This document shows, piece after piece, positions 15,201 to 27,200 of a DNA stretch of 64,000 nt (position 1 is the first letter of the stretch; every line of letters starts with the position of its first letter). A program made the position numbers and the translations under genes. The stretch comes from Tubiluchus corallicola (Eukaryota; Animalia; Priapulida): NCBI GenBank assembly GCA_030141605.1, contig JAQGDQ010000066.1:558001-622000 (forward strand), read 5' to 3'. Below the pieces are notes generated by a model. It did no database searches. It saw nothing but the letters and a program-made list of their open reading frames with translations, and was not told the origin of the DNA.

Positions 15201-18200
15201 TATTGTCATATAGACCATACTGGAGAACTTGGTACAAAGATAATGGTTTAGTGGTTCGCACTACACGTCCGACATTCAGAGCTTCCATTAATGTCATTCT
15301 GTCTTGGGTAACAGTGTCAGTATATTTACCTGTTGTAGCATCTAACAAACCGGTTTCTATTGCTTCAGATATTGTAACACTTTTTTGGTCTTTAGGATTC
15401 TTAACAGCTGGTACATTATCTAATATTATTTTTCCTAGTGCTTTTTGTAATGAAAGTTCTCTTCTTGTTAAACGATCGCGAAACTTTTCAGTTTCTGAAT
15501 TGAACAGGTTACAACTTAAAGCCTCAAACAATGTTACCGGGCAGTAAGCAGTATTTGCTTTACTGAATAAATGACTTTCAACAAGAATGCCCAGATCAAG
15601 TGCTTTCACAAAATCTATTTGTTGTCCATCCAAGACGCACATTCCAGCATTAGCATCAATAAATCCTGCATCAGTAGCAGATTCAATGGTCAAAATATCT
15701 CCCGTGGCAGGATGTACCATACCAAATGCTTGTTCATCAATTATGCCTTGAGCAACTGCTTCCGAAAGAGTCAGAGTGTTTTTTGTTAAGGGATCACAGA
15801 ACATTCCAGTGCAGGGATTGTAGAGACCAAGTTCAACGGAATCGGAGAGTGGAAGAGGTGTTTCTGATAGTACAATATGTCCTTCCACTAAAGCTTCCTG
15901 AATAGAGTAAGTCGTGGTGCTGTTTTGAGGTTTGACCATGCCAGTTTCAGGGTTAACAAACTGCAGGTCTAAAGCTTCAGCAAGTGTCACTACTTGTGGA
16001 CTAAAAGGCTCCTTAAGTATAGTACTGAATGGATTAATGACACCACGGATCACTGCCTCCTCCAAAGTAACTAGTTCTGTTTTCCTGGGGTCCATACAAT
16101 GTCCACTATCAGCATTAAAAATATCTGTTTCTATGGCTTTAACCAGTGACACAGGCAGTGCAGCTTCAAAAACCTGACCATCACATATAGCTTGACAAAA
16201 TGGTATGATTTTACCAGTTTCAGAATCTTTTACACCTCCAGTTTTGGAATCTATAATGCCTTTAGCAATGGCTTTTTGAAGTGGAAATATATGTTTTGTG
16301 ATCTTGTCCTGAACATAAATGTCATTTGGATTACCACCAACAGCAGTGATAGCAGCTACAATTTCAGTTGGCCTGCCATGAGAAAAATTAACAAAGTTTT
16401 GTGATTTTGCATCATATATTCCTTCTTCAAGTGCTGAATCTAATGAAACAAATTTATAACCAAAAGCATCAGCTAAGTTTTTTCCTCTAAATTTTCCTGA
16501 GTCAATGTCTAACAGTTGCTTCTCTGTAGCTTTAGCTAATGTCATTCCATCACCACTGACTGCATCCAAAAGGAAAATACTGTTATGTTGGAGAAGTCCA
16601 GTTTCAATGGCGGTTTTCAGTAGCATGTAATTGCCAGTTGTTTCTTCCACAAACTCTCCATTTCGTGCATCTATACGACCTTTTCTGACAAGTTCCTCTA
16701 AGGTTACTTTTTCAGCTATTGGCACATCACACATTTTGCAGGCCAAAGCAATGCTAGCAGACAAGTCAGACTGCAGCAGTCCCTTTTCAGCAGCCAAGCC
16801 TAATGGCATTTTCTCATTTGTATTTAAGTCGATCACTTTACCAGAGTCTACATCGATAATACCAGTATCTATAGCTTCACATAGAGTCACATTTGCCTGA
16901 GATTTTTCAGCTTCAAAAACATTGTATGTAGACTGAATATTAAAGTTCTTTGACATCACTTCCATAAACAATTGCTTCTTTACATCTTTTACTGCATTAT
17001 AATCAACAATTTCTCGTTGAACTGCTTCTGTGAGTGTAATAACTTCTGTGCGTCTGGGATCCATGCAGTCATTGAAGAGTTTGCTATAAATGCCTTTTTC
17101 TTCAGCTTCAGCTATTGAAATTGGCAAAACAGCATCAAATATGTTACCATTCTTAACTGCTTTATCAAAGCTAAGTTTCTGACCAGTTAGTGGATTTAGA
17201 AGAGCACCAGATTTGGGATCCAGCATTCCATTAGTAACAGCTTTTTCAAGTGGCCAAATATTACGTGAGCTCACGTCCTTTACGAACAAATCTTGAATGT
17301 TGACATCCAGTTTTCTCAAAATGTCGGAAAGAGCTGCTATCTGACCACTTATAGGATCAATGAAATTTTTCCTTTTCGGATCGTAAATTCCCTTTTGCAA
17401 AGCTTCACGAAAACTGATAAAATCTGAAAATACATGTCCTGAACTGTCATGTACAAGTTCACCACTTTTAACTTCTAGTGCACCTGCATCTAGAGATTCC
17501 TGAAGAGTCATGATTTTTTCAACTGATTTATCTGTAACTGCAGGGCTAGTTAACTTCTTTGCCAAAACATCCATAAACTCTTGCTTCTGTAGATCATCTA
17601 GTGCATCAGCATTAACAATTCCTCTTCTCACTGCTTCCTCTAAGGTCACAATTTCTGTATTTCTGGGATCCATACAGCTGCCTGTGTTAGGATTATAAAT
17701 GCCTTTCTCAACTGCCTGTATAAGTGATAATGGCAAAACTGCTGCAAATATTATTTCCTCTTGAACAGCTCTGTCAAAAATAGTTATCTCATCAGTCAGT
17801 GAATTTCTCACGTCACCAGTTTTTGGGTCTACAATTTTCATAGCAATAGCTGTTTGCAAAGGAAAGATTTTGCCAGTGTTAAACTCCCTGACATAAATGT
17901 CATTAATGTTGACACTAGCAGACAGTAGAGCACTAATAAATGATGCTGGTTGACTAGTTGAAGAATCTATAAATGATCTGCTTTCCCGGTCATAAATTTT
18001 CTTCAGTAGTGCATCATCAAAATTTGCAAATTCCAAGCCCAATGTTTCATGAGCAGTCACAGAAACTACACCAGCTTCTCCAGTGACTGGGTGCAGAATG
18101 CTGACAGAATCGGAGTCCAATAAGCCAGTATCAGCAGCATCTTGTAATGAAATTCTTTTACCAGTCTCAGGCATGACGTATTCTCCTGTCCTAGAATCGA

Positions 18201-21200
18201 CTATTCCTTGTTTGATTAATTCCACGAAGCTCACGTTTTCTGTTTTAGGTGTTTCCTCTGCTTTCAAGGCAAGTGTAACACTTTCGCAAATGTCTGAACT
18301 CTCAAGCCTTTGTTCTGGTGCCAAATCTGAAAACACATGTCCTGAACTGTTATCTACAAGTTCACCACTTTTCACTTCTAGTGCACCTGCATCCAGAGAT
18401 CCCTGAAGAGTCATGATTTTTTCAACTGATTTATCTGTAACTGCAGGGCTAGTTAACTTCTTTGCCAAAACATCCATAAACTCTTGCTTCTGTAGATCAT
18501 CTAGTGCATCAGCATTAACAATTCCTCTTCTCACTGCTTCCTCTAAGGTCACAATTTCTGTATTTCTGGGATCCATACAGCTACCTGTGTTAGGATTATA
18601 AATGCCTTTCTCAACTGCCTGTAATAGTGATAATGGCAAAACTGCTGCAAATATTATTTCCTCTTGAACAGCTCTGATGAAGGTGGTTATCTCATCATTC
18701 AGTGAATTTCTCACGTCACCAGTTTTTGGGTCTACAATTTTCATAGCAATAGCTGTTTGCAAAGGAAAGATTTTGCCAGTGTTAAACTCCCTGACATAAA
18801 TGTCATTAATGTTGACACTAGCAGACAGTAGAGCACTAATAAATGATGCTGGTTGACTAGTTGAAGAATCTATAAATGATTTGCTTTCTTGGTCATAAAT
18901 TTTCTTCAGCACTGCATCATCAAAATTTGCAAAGTCCAAGCTCAATGTTTCATGAGCAGGCACAGAAACTGCACCAGCTTCTCCAGTGACTGGGTGCAGA
19001 ATGCTGACAGAATCAGAGTCTAATAAACCAGTGTCAGCAGCATCTTGTAATGAAATTCTTTTACCAGTCTCAGGCATGATGTAGTCTCCAGTCCTAGAAT
19101 CAACAGTTCCTTGTTTGATTAATTCCACCAAGCTCATTTTCTCAGTTTTTGGTGTTTCCTCCACTTTCAAGGCAAGTGTAACACTTTCACAAACTTCTGA
19201 ACCCTCAAGTCTTTGTTCTGTTGCCAAATCTGAAAACACATGTCCTGAACTGTCATGTACAAGTTCACCACTTTTAACTTCTAGTGCACCTGCATCCAGA
19301 GATTCCTGGAGAGTCATGATTTTTTCAACTGATTTATCTGTAACTGCAGGGCTAGTTAACTTCTTTGCCAAAACATCCATAAACTCTTGCTTCTGTAGAT
19401 CATCTAGTGCATCAGCATTAACAATTCCTCTTCTCACTGCTTCCTCTAAGGTCACAATTTCTGTATTTCTGGGATCCATACAGCTGCCTGTGTTAGGATT
19501 ATAAATGCCTTTCTCAACTGCCTGTATAAGTGATAATGGCAAAACTGCTGCAAATATTATTTCCTCTTGAACAGCTCTGATGAAGGTGGTTATCTCATCA
19601 TTCAGTGAATTTCTCACGTCACCAGTTTTTGGGTCTACAATTTTCATAGCAATAGCTGTTTGCAAAGGAAAGATTTTGCCAGTGTTAAACTCCCTGACAT
19701 AAATGTCATTAATGTTGACACTAGCAGACAGTAGAGCACTAATAAATGATGCTGGTTGACTAGTTGAAGAATCTATAAATGATTTGCTTTCTTGGTCATA
19801 AATTTTCTTCAGCACTGCATCATCAAAATTTGCAAATTCCAAGCTCAATGTTTCATGAGCAGGCACAGAAACTGCACCAGCTTCTCCAGTGACTGGGTGC
19901 AGAATGCTGACAGAATCAGAGTCTAATAAACCAGTGTCAGCAGCATCTTGTAATGAAATTCTTTTACCAGTCTCAGGCATGATGTAGTCTCCAGTCCTAG
20001 AATCAACAGTTCCTTGTTTGATTAATTCCACCAAGCTCATTTTCTCAGTTTTTGGTGTTTCCTCCACTTTCAAGGCAAGTGTAACACTTTCACAAACTTC
20101 TGAACCCTCAAGTCTTTGTTCTGTTGCCAAATCTGAAAACACATGTCCTGAACTGTCATGTACAAGTTCACCACTTTTAACTTCTAGTGCACCTGCATCC
20201 AGAGCTTCCTGGAGAGTCATGATTTTTTCAACTGATTTATCTGTAACTGCAGGGCTAGTTAACTTCTTTGCCAAAACATCCATAAACTCTTGCTTCTGTA
20301 GATCATCTAGTGCATCAGCATTAACAATTCCTCTTCTCACTGCTTCCTCTAAGGTCACAATTTCTGTATTTCTGGGATCCATACAGCTGCCTGTGTTAGG
20401 ATTATAAATGCCTTTCTCAACTGCCTGTATAAGTGATAATGGCAAAACTGCTGCAAATATTATTTCCTCTTGAACAGCTCTGTCAAAAGTAGTTATCTCA
20501 TCAGTCAGTGAATTTCTCACGTCACCAGTTTTTGGGTCTACAATTTTCATAGCAATAGCTGTTTGAAAAGGAAAGATTTTGCCAGTGTTAAACTCCCTGA
20601 CATAAATGTCATTAATGTTGACACTAGCAGACAGTAGAGCACTAATAAATGATGCTGGTTGACTAGTTGAAGAATCTATAAATGATCTGCTTTCCCGGTC
20701 ATAAATTTTCTTCAGTAGTGCATCATCAAAATTTGCAAATTCCAAGCCCAATGTTTCATGAGCAGTCACAGAAACTACACAAGCTTCTCCAGTTACTGGG
20801 TGCAGAATGCTGACAGAATCAGAGTCCAATAAGCCAGTATCTGCAGCATCTTGTAATGAAATTCTTTTACCAGTCTCAGGCATGACGTATTCTCCTGTCC
20901 TAGAATCGACTATTCCTTGTTTGATTAATTCCACGAAGCTCACGTTTTCTGTTTTAGGTGTTTCCTCTGCTTTCAAGGCAAGTGTAACACTTTCACAAAT
21001 GTCTGAACTCTCAAGCCTTTGTTCTGGTGCCAAATCTGAAAACACATGTCCTGAACTGTCATGTACAAGTTCACCACTTTTAACTTCTAGTGCACCTGCA
21101 TCCAGAGATTCCTGAAGAGTCATGATTTTTTCAACTGATTTATCTGTAACTGCAGGGCTAGTTAACTTCTTTGCCAAAACATCCATAAACTCTTGCTTCT

Positions 21201-24200
21201 GTAGATCATCTAGTGCATCAGCATTAACAATTCCTCTTCTCACTGCTTCCTCTAAGGTCACAATTTCTGTATTTCTGGGATCCATACAGCTGCCTGTGTT
21301 AGGATTATAAATGCCTTTCTCAACTGCCTGTATAAGTGATAATGGCAAAACTGCTGCAAATATTATTTCCTCTTGAACAGCTCTGATGAAGGTGGTTATC
21401 TCATCATTCAGTGAATTTCTCACGTCACCAGTTTTTGGGTCTACAATTTTCATAGCAATAGCTGTTTGCAAAGGAAAGATTTTGCCAGTGTTAAACTCCC
21501 TGACATAAATGTCATTAATGTTGACACTAGCAGACAGTAGAGCACTAATAAATGATGCTGGTTGACTAGTTGAAGAATCTATAAATGATTTGCTTTCTTG
21601 GTCATAAATTTTCTTCAGCACTGCATCATCAAAATTTGCAAATTCCAAGCTCAATGTTTCATGAGCAGGCACAGAAACTGCACCAGCTTCTCCAGTGACT
21701 GGGTGCAGAATGCTGACAGAATCAGAGTCTAATAAACCAGTGTCAGCAGCATCTTGTAATGAAATTCTTTTACCAGTCTCAGGCATGATGTAGTCTCCAG
21801 TCCTAGAATCAACAGTTCCTTGTTTGATTAATTCCACCAAGCTCATTTTCTCAGTTTTTGGTGTTTCCTCCACTTTCAAGGCAAGTGTAACACTTTCACA
21901 AACTTCTGAACCCTCAAGTCTTTGTTCTGTTGCCAAATCTGAAAACACATGTCCTGAACTGTCATGTACAAGTTCACCACTTTTAACTTCTAGTGCACCT
22001 GCATCCAGAGATTCCTGGAGAGTCATGATTTTTTCAACTGATTTATCTGTAACTGCAGGGCTAGTTAACTTCTTTGCCAAAACATCCATAAACTCTTGCT
22101 TCTGTAGATCATCTAGTGCATCAGCATTAACAATTCCTCTTCTCACTGCTTCCTCTAAGGTCACAATTTCTGTATTTCTGGGATCCATACAGCTGCCTGT
22201 GTTAGGATTATAAATGCCTTTCTCAACTGCCTGTATAAGTGATAATGGCAAAACTGCTGCAAATATTATTTCCTCTTGAACAGCTCTGATGAAGGTGGTT
22301 ATCTCATCATTCAGTGAATTTCTCACGTCACCAGTTTTTGGGTCTACAATTTTCATAGCAATAGCTGTTTGCAAAGGAAAGATTTTGCCAGTGTTAAACT
22401 CCCTGACATAAATGTCATTAATGTTGACACTAGCAGACAGTAGAGCACTAATAAATGATGCTGGTTGACTAGTTGAAGAATCTATAAATGATTTGCTTTC
22501 TTGGTCATAAATTTTCTTCAGCACTGCATCATCAAAATTTGCAAATTCCAAGCTCAATGTTTCATGAGCAGGCACAGAAACTGCACCAGCTTCTCCAGTG
22601 ACTGGGTGCAGAATGCTGACAGAATCAGAGTCTAATAAACCAGTGTCAGCAGCATCTTGTAATGAAATTCTTTTACCAGTCTCAGGCATGATGTAGTCTC
22701 CAGTCCTAGAATCAACAGTTCCTTGTTTGATTAATTCCACCAAGCTCATTTTCTCAGTTTTTGGTGTTTCCTCCACTTTCAAGGCAAGTGTAACACTTTC
22801 ACAAATGTCTGAACTCTCAAGCCTTTGTTCTGGTGCCAAATCTGAAAACACATGTCCTGAACTGTTATCTACAAGTTCACCACTTTTCACTTCTAGTGCA
22901 CCTGCATCCAGAGATCCCCGAAGAGTCATGATTTTTTCAACTGATTTATCTGTAACTGCAGGGCTAGTTAACTTCTTTGCCAAAACATCCATAAACTCTT
23001 GCTTCTGTAGATCATCTAGTGCATCAGCATTAACAATTCCTCTTCTCACTGCTTCCTCTAAGGTCACAATTTCTGTATTTCTGGGATCCATACAGCTGCC
23101 TGTGTTAGGATTATAAATGCCATTCTCAACTGCCTGTATAAGTGATAATGGCAAAACTGCTGCAAATATTATTTCCTCTTGAACAGCTCTGATGAAGGTG
23201 GTTATCTCATCATTCAGTGAATTTCTCACGTCACCAGTTTTTGGGTCTACAATTTTCATAGCAATAGCTGTTTGCAAAGGAAAGATTTTGCCAGTGTTAA
23301 ACTCCCTGACATAAATGTCATTAATGTTGACACTAGCAGACAGTAGAGCACTAATAAATGATGCTGGTTGACTAGTTGAAGAATCTATAAATGATTTGCT
23401 TTCTTGGTCATAAATTTTCTTCAGCACTGCATCATCAAAATTTGCAAATTCCAAGCTCAATGTTTCATGAGCAGGCACAGAAACTGCACCAGCTTCTCCA
23501 GTGACTGGGTGCAGAATGCTGACAGAATCAGAGTCTAATAAACCAGTGTCAGCAGCATCTTGTAATGAAATTCTTTTACCAGTCTCAGGCATGATGTAGT
23601 CTCCAGTCCTAGAATCAACAGTTCCTTGTTTGATTAATTCCACCAAGCTCATTTTCTCAGTTTTTGGTGTTTCCTCCACTTTCAAGGCAAGTGTAACACT
23701 TTCACAAACTTCTGAACCCTCAAGTCTTTGTTCTGTTGCCAAATCTGAAAACACATGTCCTGAACTGTCATGTACAAGTTCACCACTTTTAACTTCTAGT
23801 GCACCTGCATCCAGAGCTTCCTGGAGAGTCATGATTTTTTCAACTGATTTATCTGTAACTGCAGGGCTAGTTAACTTCTTTGCCAAAACATCCATAAACT
23901 CTTGCTTCTGTAGATCATCTAGTGCATCAGCATTAACAATTCCTCTTCTCACTGCTTCCTCTAAGGTCACAATTTCTGTATTTCTGGGATCCATACAGCT
24001 GCCTGTGTTAGGATTATAAATGCCTTTCTCAACTGCCTGTATAAGTGATAATGGCAAAACTGCTGCAAATATTATTTCCTCTTGAACAGCTCTGATGAAG
24101 GTGGTTATCTCATCATTCAGTGAATTTCTCACGTCACCAGTTTTTGGGTCTACAATTTTCATAGCAATAGCTGTTTGCAAAGGAAAGATTTTGCCAGTGT

Positions 24201-27200
24201 TAAACTCCCTGACATAAATGTCATTAATGTTGACACTAGCAGACAGTAGAGCACTAATAAATGATGCTGGTTGACTAGTTGAAGAATCTATAAATGATTT
24301 GCTTTCCTGGTCATAAATTTTCTTCAGCACTGCATCATCAAAATTTGCAAATTCCAAGCTCAATGTTTCATGAGCAGGCACAGAAACTGCACCAGCTTCT
24401 CCAGTGACTGGGTGCAGAATGCTGACAGAATCAGAGTCTAATAAACCAGTGTCAGCAGCATCTTGTAATGAAATTCTTTTACCAGTCTCAGGCATGATGT
24501 AGTCTCCAGTCCTAGAATCAACAGTTCCTTGTTTGATTAATTCCACCAAGCTCATTTTCTCAGTTTTTGGTGTTTCCTCCACTTTCAAGGCAAGTGTAAC
24601 ACTTTCACAAACTTCTGAACCCTCAAGTCTTGGTTCTGTTGCCAAATCTGAAAACACATGTCCTGAACTGTCATGTACAAGTTCACCACTTTTAACTTCT
24701 AGTGCACCTGCATCCAGAGATTCCTGGAGAGTCATGATTTTTTCAACTGATTTATCTGTAACTGCAGGGCTAGTTAACTTCTTTGCCAAAACATCCATAA
24801 ACTCTTGCTTCTGTAGATCATCTAGTGCATCAGCATTAACAATTCCTCTTCTCACTGCTTCCTCTAAGGTCACAATTTCTGTATTTCTGGGATCCATACA
24901 GCTGCCTGTGTTAGGATTATAAATGCCTTTCTCAACTGCCTGTATAAGTGATAATGGCAAGACTGCTGCAAATATTATTTCCTCTTGAACAGCTCTGTCA
25001 AAAGTAGTTATCTGATCACTCAGTGAATTTCTCACGTCACCAGTTTTTGGGTCTACAATTTTCATAGCAATAGCTGTTTGTAAAGGAAAGATTTTGCCAG
25101 TGTTAAACTCCCTGACATAAATGTCATTAATGTTGACACTAGCAGACAGTAGAGCACTAATAAATGATGCTGGATGACTAGTTGAAAAATCTATAAATGA
25201 TTTGCTTTCCCGGTCATAAATTTTCTTCAGTAGTGCATCATCAAAATTTGCAAATTCCAAGCCCAATGTTTCATGAGCAGTCACAGAAACTGCACCAGCT
25301 TCTCCAGTGACTGGGTGCAGAATGCTGACAGAATCAGAGTCCAATAAGCCAGTATCAGCAGCATCTTGTAATGAAATTCTTTTACCAGTCTCAGGCATGA
25401 TGTAGTCTCCAGTCCTAGAATCAACAGTTCCTTGTTTGATTAATTCCACCAAGCTCGTTTTCTCAGTTTTTGGTGTTTCCTCCACTTTCAAGACAAGTGT
25501 AATACTTTCACAAACTTCTGAACCCTCAAGTCTTTGTTCTGTTGCCAAATCTGAAAACACATGTCCTGAACTGTCATGTACAAGTTCACCACTTATAACT
25601 TCTAGTGCACCTGCATCTAGAGATTCCTGATGAGTCACCACTGTTTCAACTGATTTATCTGTAGCTGCAGGGCTAGTTAACTTCTTTGCCAAAACATCCA
25701 TAAACTCTTGCTTCTGTAGATCATCTAGTGCATCAGCATTAACAATTCCTCTTCTCACTGCTTCCTCTAAGGTCACAATTTCTGTATTTCTGGGATCCAT
25801 ACAGCTGCCTGTGTTAGGATTATAAATGCCTTTCTCAACTGCCTGTATAAGTGATAATGGCAAAACTGCTGCAAATATTATTTCCTCTTGAACAGCTCTG
25901 TCAAAAGTAGTTATCTCATCAGTCAGTGAATTTCTCACGTCACCAGTTTTTGGGTCTACAATTTTCATAGCAATAGCTGTTTGCAAAGGAAAGATTCTGC
26001 CAGTGTTAAACTCCCTGACATAAATGTCATTAATGTTGACACTAGCAGACAGTAGAGCACTAATAAATGATGCTGGTTGACTAGTTGAAGAATCTATAAA
26101 TGATTTGCTTTCCCGGTCATAAATTTTCTTCAGTAGCGCATCATCAAAATTTGCAAATTCCAAGCCCAATGTTTCATGAGCAGTCACAGAAACTGCACCA
26201 GCTTCTCCAGTGACTGGGTGCAGAATGCTGACAGAATCAGAGTCCAATAAGCCAGTATCAGCAGCATCTTGTAATGAAATTCTTTTACCAGTCTCAGGCA
26301 TTATGTAGTCTCCAGTCCTAGAATCTACTGTTCCTTGTTTGATTAATTCCACCAAGCTCATTTTCTCTGTTTTTGGTTTTTCCTCCACTTTCAAGGCAAG
26401 TGTAACACTTTCACAAACTTCTGAATTCTCAAGCCTTTGTTCTGGTGCCAAATCTGGAAACAAATGTCGTGAACTGTCATCTATAAGTTCATCGCTTTTC
26501 ACTTCTAGTACACCTGCATCGAGAGATTCCTGATGAGTCACCACTGTTTCAACTGATTTATCTGTAATTATAGATTTACCAGTAGTTGAAGGTTTGTCTT
26601 CATCGAGCTTCTGTGAAAAGACATTAATAAATTTTCCTTTCTGAAGATCGTCTAGTGCATCAGCATTTATTATTTCTCGCTTTATTGCTTCAGTCAGTGT
26701 GATTGTTTCTGAGCTTCTAGGGTCGATACACTCTCTAGTGTCACAATTATAAATACCTCTTTCGATCGCTTCTCTTAAAGACAAAGGTAAGATAGCTTCA
26801 AATATATTTCCAGTCTCATAAGCTTTATTGAAAATAATATCTTTTCCCGTTGAATCTTTCATGGCACCAGATTGAGAGTTTACATAACCATCAGCAATAG
26901 CTGTTTGAAGTGGCAAAATTCTTCCTGTAGCATAATCACTGACATATACATCATTTGGGTTAATTCCTGCAGTCACTATTGCATCCAAAAATGTTGTTGT
27001 CTCTCCTGTTACGGAGTTCACAAAATGTTCATGTGCTGTGTCAAAAATCAACTTTGCACTAAATGCAGTAAATTCCAGGCCAAGTGCCTCAACAGGAGAG
27101 CCAACAGCTTCGCTATCAGCATGTATGAAAGATCCAGACTGAATGTCAAACAAATTCATTTCACTTGCTTCAGCCAAAGTCATAGATTCTTCCGTAACAG

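Noticed and set aside
17510-26533. Repeated plus-strand ORFs ([10 protein letters not shown]..., MIFSTDLSV...)
   Set aside because: Ser-rich antisense shadows of the coding strand that recur only because of the 903-bp array; stops vary between copies.
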